Shown: in pieces, positions 61,323 through 64,000 of the stretch | How the letters are laid out: each line of letters opens with the position of its first letter | How positions within the stretch are numbered: position 1 is the stretch's first letter | Source of the DNA: Leptolyngbyaceae cyanobacterium | Lineage (GTDB): Bacteria > Cyanobacteriota > Cyanobacteriia > Phormidesmidales > Phormidesmidaceae | Assembly: GCA_050331235.1 (NCBI GenBank) | Contig: JBHJHA010000088.1 | Location: 1-64,000, forward strand | Direction: 5' to 3' | Length of the DNA stretch: 64,000 bases | Program-made: the position numbers and the translations under genes | Notes under the pieces: generated by a model | What the model was told of the DNA's origin: nothing | Database searches by the model: none | What the model saw: only the letters and a program-made list of their open reading frames with translations

Positions 61323-61655
61323 TCAAAGCATCTCGTTAATTTTGTCGGCAATGACTGCTTGGGCCATTACCCCCTCGGTGCGATCGATTAGGCTGCCGTC
61401 TTTAAAGAACAAGAGGGTAGGAACGCCCATGATGTGATATTGATTTGCCAATCCGTTGTAGTCATCGATGTTGATTTTGGCGAGTTTAGCACGACCGGCA
61501 AACTCCTCAGCCAAATTGTCAATGATGGGATTAATCAGCTTGCAAGGACCGCACCAGGCAGCCCAAAAGTCGACGACTACGGGAACATCACTTTGGATAA
61601 CTTCTTTCTCAAAGTTTTCGTCGGTCAGCGTGACATATTTGGTTGCTTCGGCCAC
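61323..61655 (-). CDS. Thioredoxin
   Basis: VVVDFWAAWCGPCK, VPTLLFFKDG. Confidence 0.96.
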   Translation of the reverse strand: MAEATKYVTLTDENFEKEVIQSDVPVVVDFWAAWCGPCKLINPIIDNLAEEFAGRAKLAKINIDDYNGLANQYHIMGVPTLLFFKDGSLIDRTEGVMAQAVIADKINEML

Positions 61656-61844
61656 AGTGTTGCTCTCCTAGCTACGGCGGTTGTTCACTTGTTCAGTCTA
61701 TATAGGAATCTGGCCGATCATCGACTTTCCCAGGGCGATCGCGCACAATCTTTCTGACTTGAGGGAGCCAAGCTTAGGACAAAGCCTTGATCACGATGCG
61801 CCATGCCTACCGAGTGCAGGGTTAGCTAAGTTTGAGGTTACCTT

Positions 61845-61881
61845 AAAAAAACCGAAGGCATGACGCAACATGCCCTCGGTT
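61845..61881 (-). terminator. Rho-independent terminator of cugP
   Basis: ACCGAAGGCATG..CATGCCCTCGGT stem with A7 on the plus strand (T tail on minus). Confidence 0.7.
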
Positions 61882-61924
61882 GATGTTTTAACCGCTTATC
61901 TAACTCAGCTTGCCCTCAGCCCCA

Positions 61925-63088
61925 TCAAGCCTGCTGCCCCATCAGTTCGGCTATTTCGTGATGCTCAATCGGGGGTTTCGCGAGTTCGGCTTGCCGTGTA
62001 TCGGTGATCAGCCGGTTGAGAGCCGCCGCCTGCATATCGATAGAAGCTCCAGTTTTGTCCACGCAGTACCGGCCAAACACTAACTTGTCGACTAGTCGCA
62101 CCCCAGGGCCGATGCGTGAATATTCAAAAATGACGCTACGGTCAACAATGGCATTGCGACAAATGGCGCAGTTAGGCCCAATCATCGTTGGGCCTACGAT
62201 TTTAGCCCCGTCTTCGATATGGGCCCGAGCACCGATGTAAACAGGCCCCTGGATATCCACCTTGTCCCAATTAATCTTGACGTTTAGTCCGGTGAATACG
62301 CCTGGTTTGACTTCCTCTCCAGGAATATCGACCAGCTTCACTTGACCGGTCATCACGTCTTGGATGGCTTGCCAATAGTCGGGCACTTTGCCGATATCGA
62401 CCCATTCAAAGTCCATGCTGATACCAAAGAAAGGGGCGCCGGCAGCCACAAGCTTGGGAAACAGGTCGCCGCCAATGTCGTATTCCACCCCGGCGGGAAT
62501 GTAGTCGAAAATCTCTGGCTCGAAAATGTAAATACCGGTGTTGATATCGGTGCTGAGGGCTTCTTCGACCTTGGGTTTTTCCTGGAAAGATTGAATGCGG
62601 CCATCATCATCTGTGACGACGACACCGTAGCTTGGAACCTGCTTGAGGGGCACTGACTTCATCACGATAGTCGCGATCGCCCCTTTTTCCTTGTGCTGAC
62701 GGACTGCCTCAGTCAAATCGAGATCAATCAGCGCATCGCCACAGAGCACCACAAATGTATCGTCAAAAAAGGGAGAAAACTCTTGAATTTTCTTCATGCC
62801 GCCGGCAGAGCCTAAAGCATCGCCCACTAGCTGGCCATCTTCGATGCGACCTTCAAAGGAGTAGGCAATCTCAACTCCAAAGCGCTGACCATCGCGAAAG
62901 TAGCCTTCGATTTCATTGGCGAGGTGGCTGACATTAACCATAATCTGATCGAAGCCATGATGCTTGAGCAGATCAAGTAAAAACTCCATTACTGGCTTTT
63001 GCAGAATGGGAATCATCGGCTTCGGAATCGTGTAAGTGATGGGTCGAACCCGCGTTCCCTTACCAGCGGCCAGAATCATGGCTTTCAT
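61925..63088 (-). CDS. cugP: Cyanobacterial UDP-glucose pyrophosphorylase (NDP-sugar synthase family)
   Basis: MKAMILAAGKGTRVRPIT.TIPKPMIPILQKPVMEFL, AYSFEG, C-terminal hexapeptide region. Confidence 0.88.
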   Translation of the reverse strand: MKAMILAAGKGTRVRPITYTIPKPMIPILQKPVMEFLLDLLKHHGFDQIMVNVSHLANEIEGYFRDGQRFGVEIAYSFEGRIEDGQLVGDALGSAGGMKKIQEFSPFFDDTFVVLCGDALIDLDLTEAVRQHKEKGAIATIVMKSVPLKQVPSYGVVVTDDDGRIQSFQEKPKVEEALSTDINTGIYIFEPEIFDYIPAGVEYDIGGDLFPKLVAAGAPFFGISMDFEWVDIGKVPDYWQAIQDVMTGQVKLVDIPGEEVKPGVFTGLNVKINWDKVDIQGPVYIGARAHIEDGAKIVGPTMIGPNCAICRNAIVDRSVIFEYSRIGPGVRLVDKLVFGRYCVDKTGASIDMQAAALNRLITDTRQAELAKPPIEHHEIAELMGQQA

Positions 63089-63711
63089 AAGGCATCCTTT
63101 GAGCTTTAAATACAACTTATAAGAGCAATGCACGCCTGAGATCTGAGGAGCATTCTGGGAAAGGCCTCCGGAGGGGCATCTCAGACAAGCACATGCTATC
63201 AGAGGATACCCGTAGGAGTAGAGATGCTCACGGCATCAAGGTAAGTCTGGGATACCCAGTACGGAGCAGAGCCGGGTTGCTGATAAAACTGGTCTGCTGG
63301 AATGAGTGCGTCGCAACCACCACCTTGGCCTAAGTGCACTAGCGCCGGCATATTTCCGGTCAGCCATCCTGGCTCAACAAAGTTCAGCCAAGGCAACTCT
63401 GACTCGACAGAGTGCAGCCCGCATATCCACCTGACGACCCGCGACAAGCAATGGCCAGGATCCACACTACGTCGCTAAGCTGCAGGCGATTTATTCTCAA
63501 GCAACTGGACAGAAGCCAAGCATCGATTTGCCCTCGTCAATCGATCTCTGGAACACGCACTCAACCACGTATATGGAGAGCAATTTAGTAAACCGCCAGT
63601 AAGCCTGCCAGGCTTGTCACGCTGCAGATCAGAATAATTGCAAGTCGCTATACATGGCTGCCGCAAATGCATCTGGTAGGATTTCGAGGATTAAAATCAG
63701 CAGATTTCTAT

Positions 63712-64000
63712 ATGGAACAACATTATTTTTCCGATGAAGAGTGGACGCTCTTGCGACAGGCGCCAACCCAGGCAGCCATTGCCGTTATCTTGGCCGACAA
63801 GACTGATCCCGTTTCGTTTTTGAAGGAGACTCAAGCGGCGGCTCAGATTTTACTGGAAGAGCAGGCTCGGGTTGTAGATGAAGCCAGCGACTTGGTGAGC
63901 GCTGTGCTGGAGGCCATGGGCGCAGCGGAAACCAGCAACCAAGAACATCCAGGACTGCCCAATGCCACACCAGTTGACCTCAAGCAGCTCGACATCCTGA
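63712..64000 (+). CDS. Hypothetical protein, truncated by window end (absent from ORF track)
   Basis: Open frame from ATG 63712: MEQHYFSDEEWTLLRQAPTQAAIAVILADKTDPVSFLKETQAAAQIL... Confidence 0.7.
   Translation, partial: MEQHYFSDEEWTLLRQAPTQAAIAVILADKTDPVSFLKETQAAAQILLEEQARVVDEASDLVSAVLEAMGAAETSNQEHPGLPNATPVDLKQLDIL

Larger units (their letters stand above)
1..64000. repeat. HIP1 octamer (GCGATCGC) dispersed throughout
   Basis: Many occurrences, including overlapping GCGATCGCGATCGC doublets; hallmark of most cyanobacterial genomes. Confidence 0.95.

Noticed and set aside
63199..63672. Two minus-strand ORFs upstream of cugP
   Set aside because: No motifs or convincing RBS; probably intergenic
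1..64000. CRISPR array, tRNA, rRNA, prophage or reverse-transcriptase system
   Set aside because: No regularly spaced repeats or signature genes seen; recurring GCGATCGC is HIP1, often encoding DR/AIA in PAS and GAF motifs

Overview
Chromosomal window from a cyanobacterium (very frequent HIP1 GCGATCGC; Hik2, CCB1, CTDH, CugP, PlqA), probably a filamentous Leptolyngbya/Nodosilinea-like strain. About 34 kb encodes signalling proteins: three giant CBS-multiPAS-GAF hybrid kinases, a REC-GGDEF-EAL protein, a FIST protein with its kinase, a DXCF cyanobacteriochrome hybrid kinase broken by two in-frame TAGs, Hik2 and a PAS-GAF-GAF kinase. Housekeeping genes include argG, radC, pgk, plqA, cugP, a thioredoxin, an MscS channel and a pncB-nadD-nrtR-nadE operon with a perfect NrtR box. 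Best candidate for an undescribed system: a PilZ-less cellulose-synthase-like GT2 with an RsbW-type anti-sigma kinase domain inserted inside its catalytic domain, followed by a STAS anti-anti-sigma gene and divergent from a BcsC/PgaA-like outer-membrane barrel, i.e. a polysaccharide synthase possibly wired directly into partner switching. This gene carries one in-frame TGA. Also found outside the ORF track: a 47-aa CPxCG zinc-ribbon microprotein, an IsaR1-like sRNA candidate with a Fur-like box, and four decayed IS remnants. No rRNA, tRNA or CRISPR array was seen. All family assignments come from motif recognition by eye, not from database searches.
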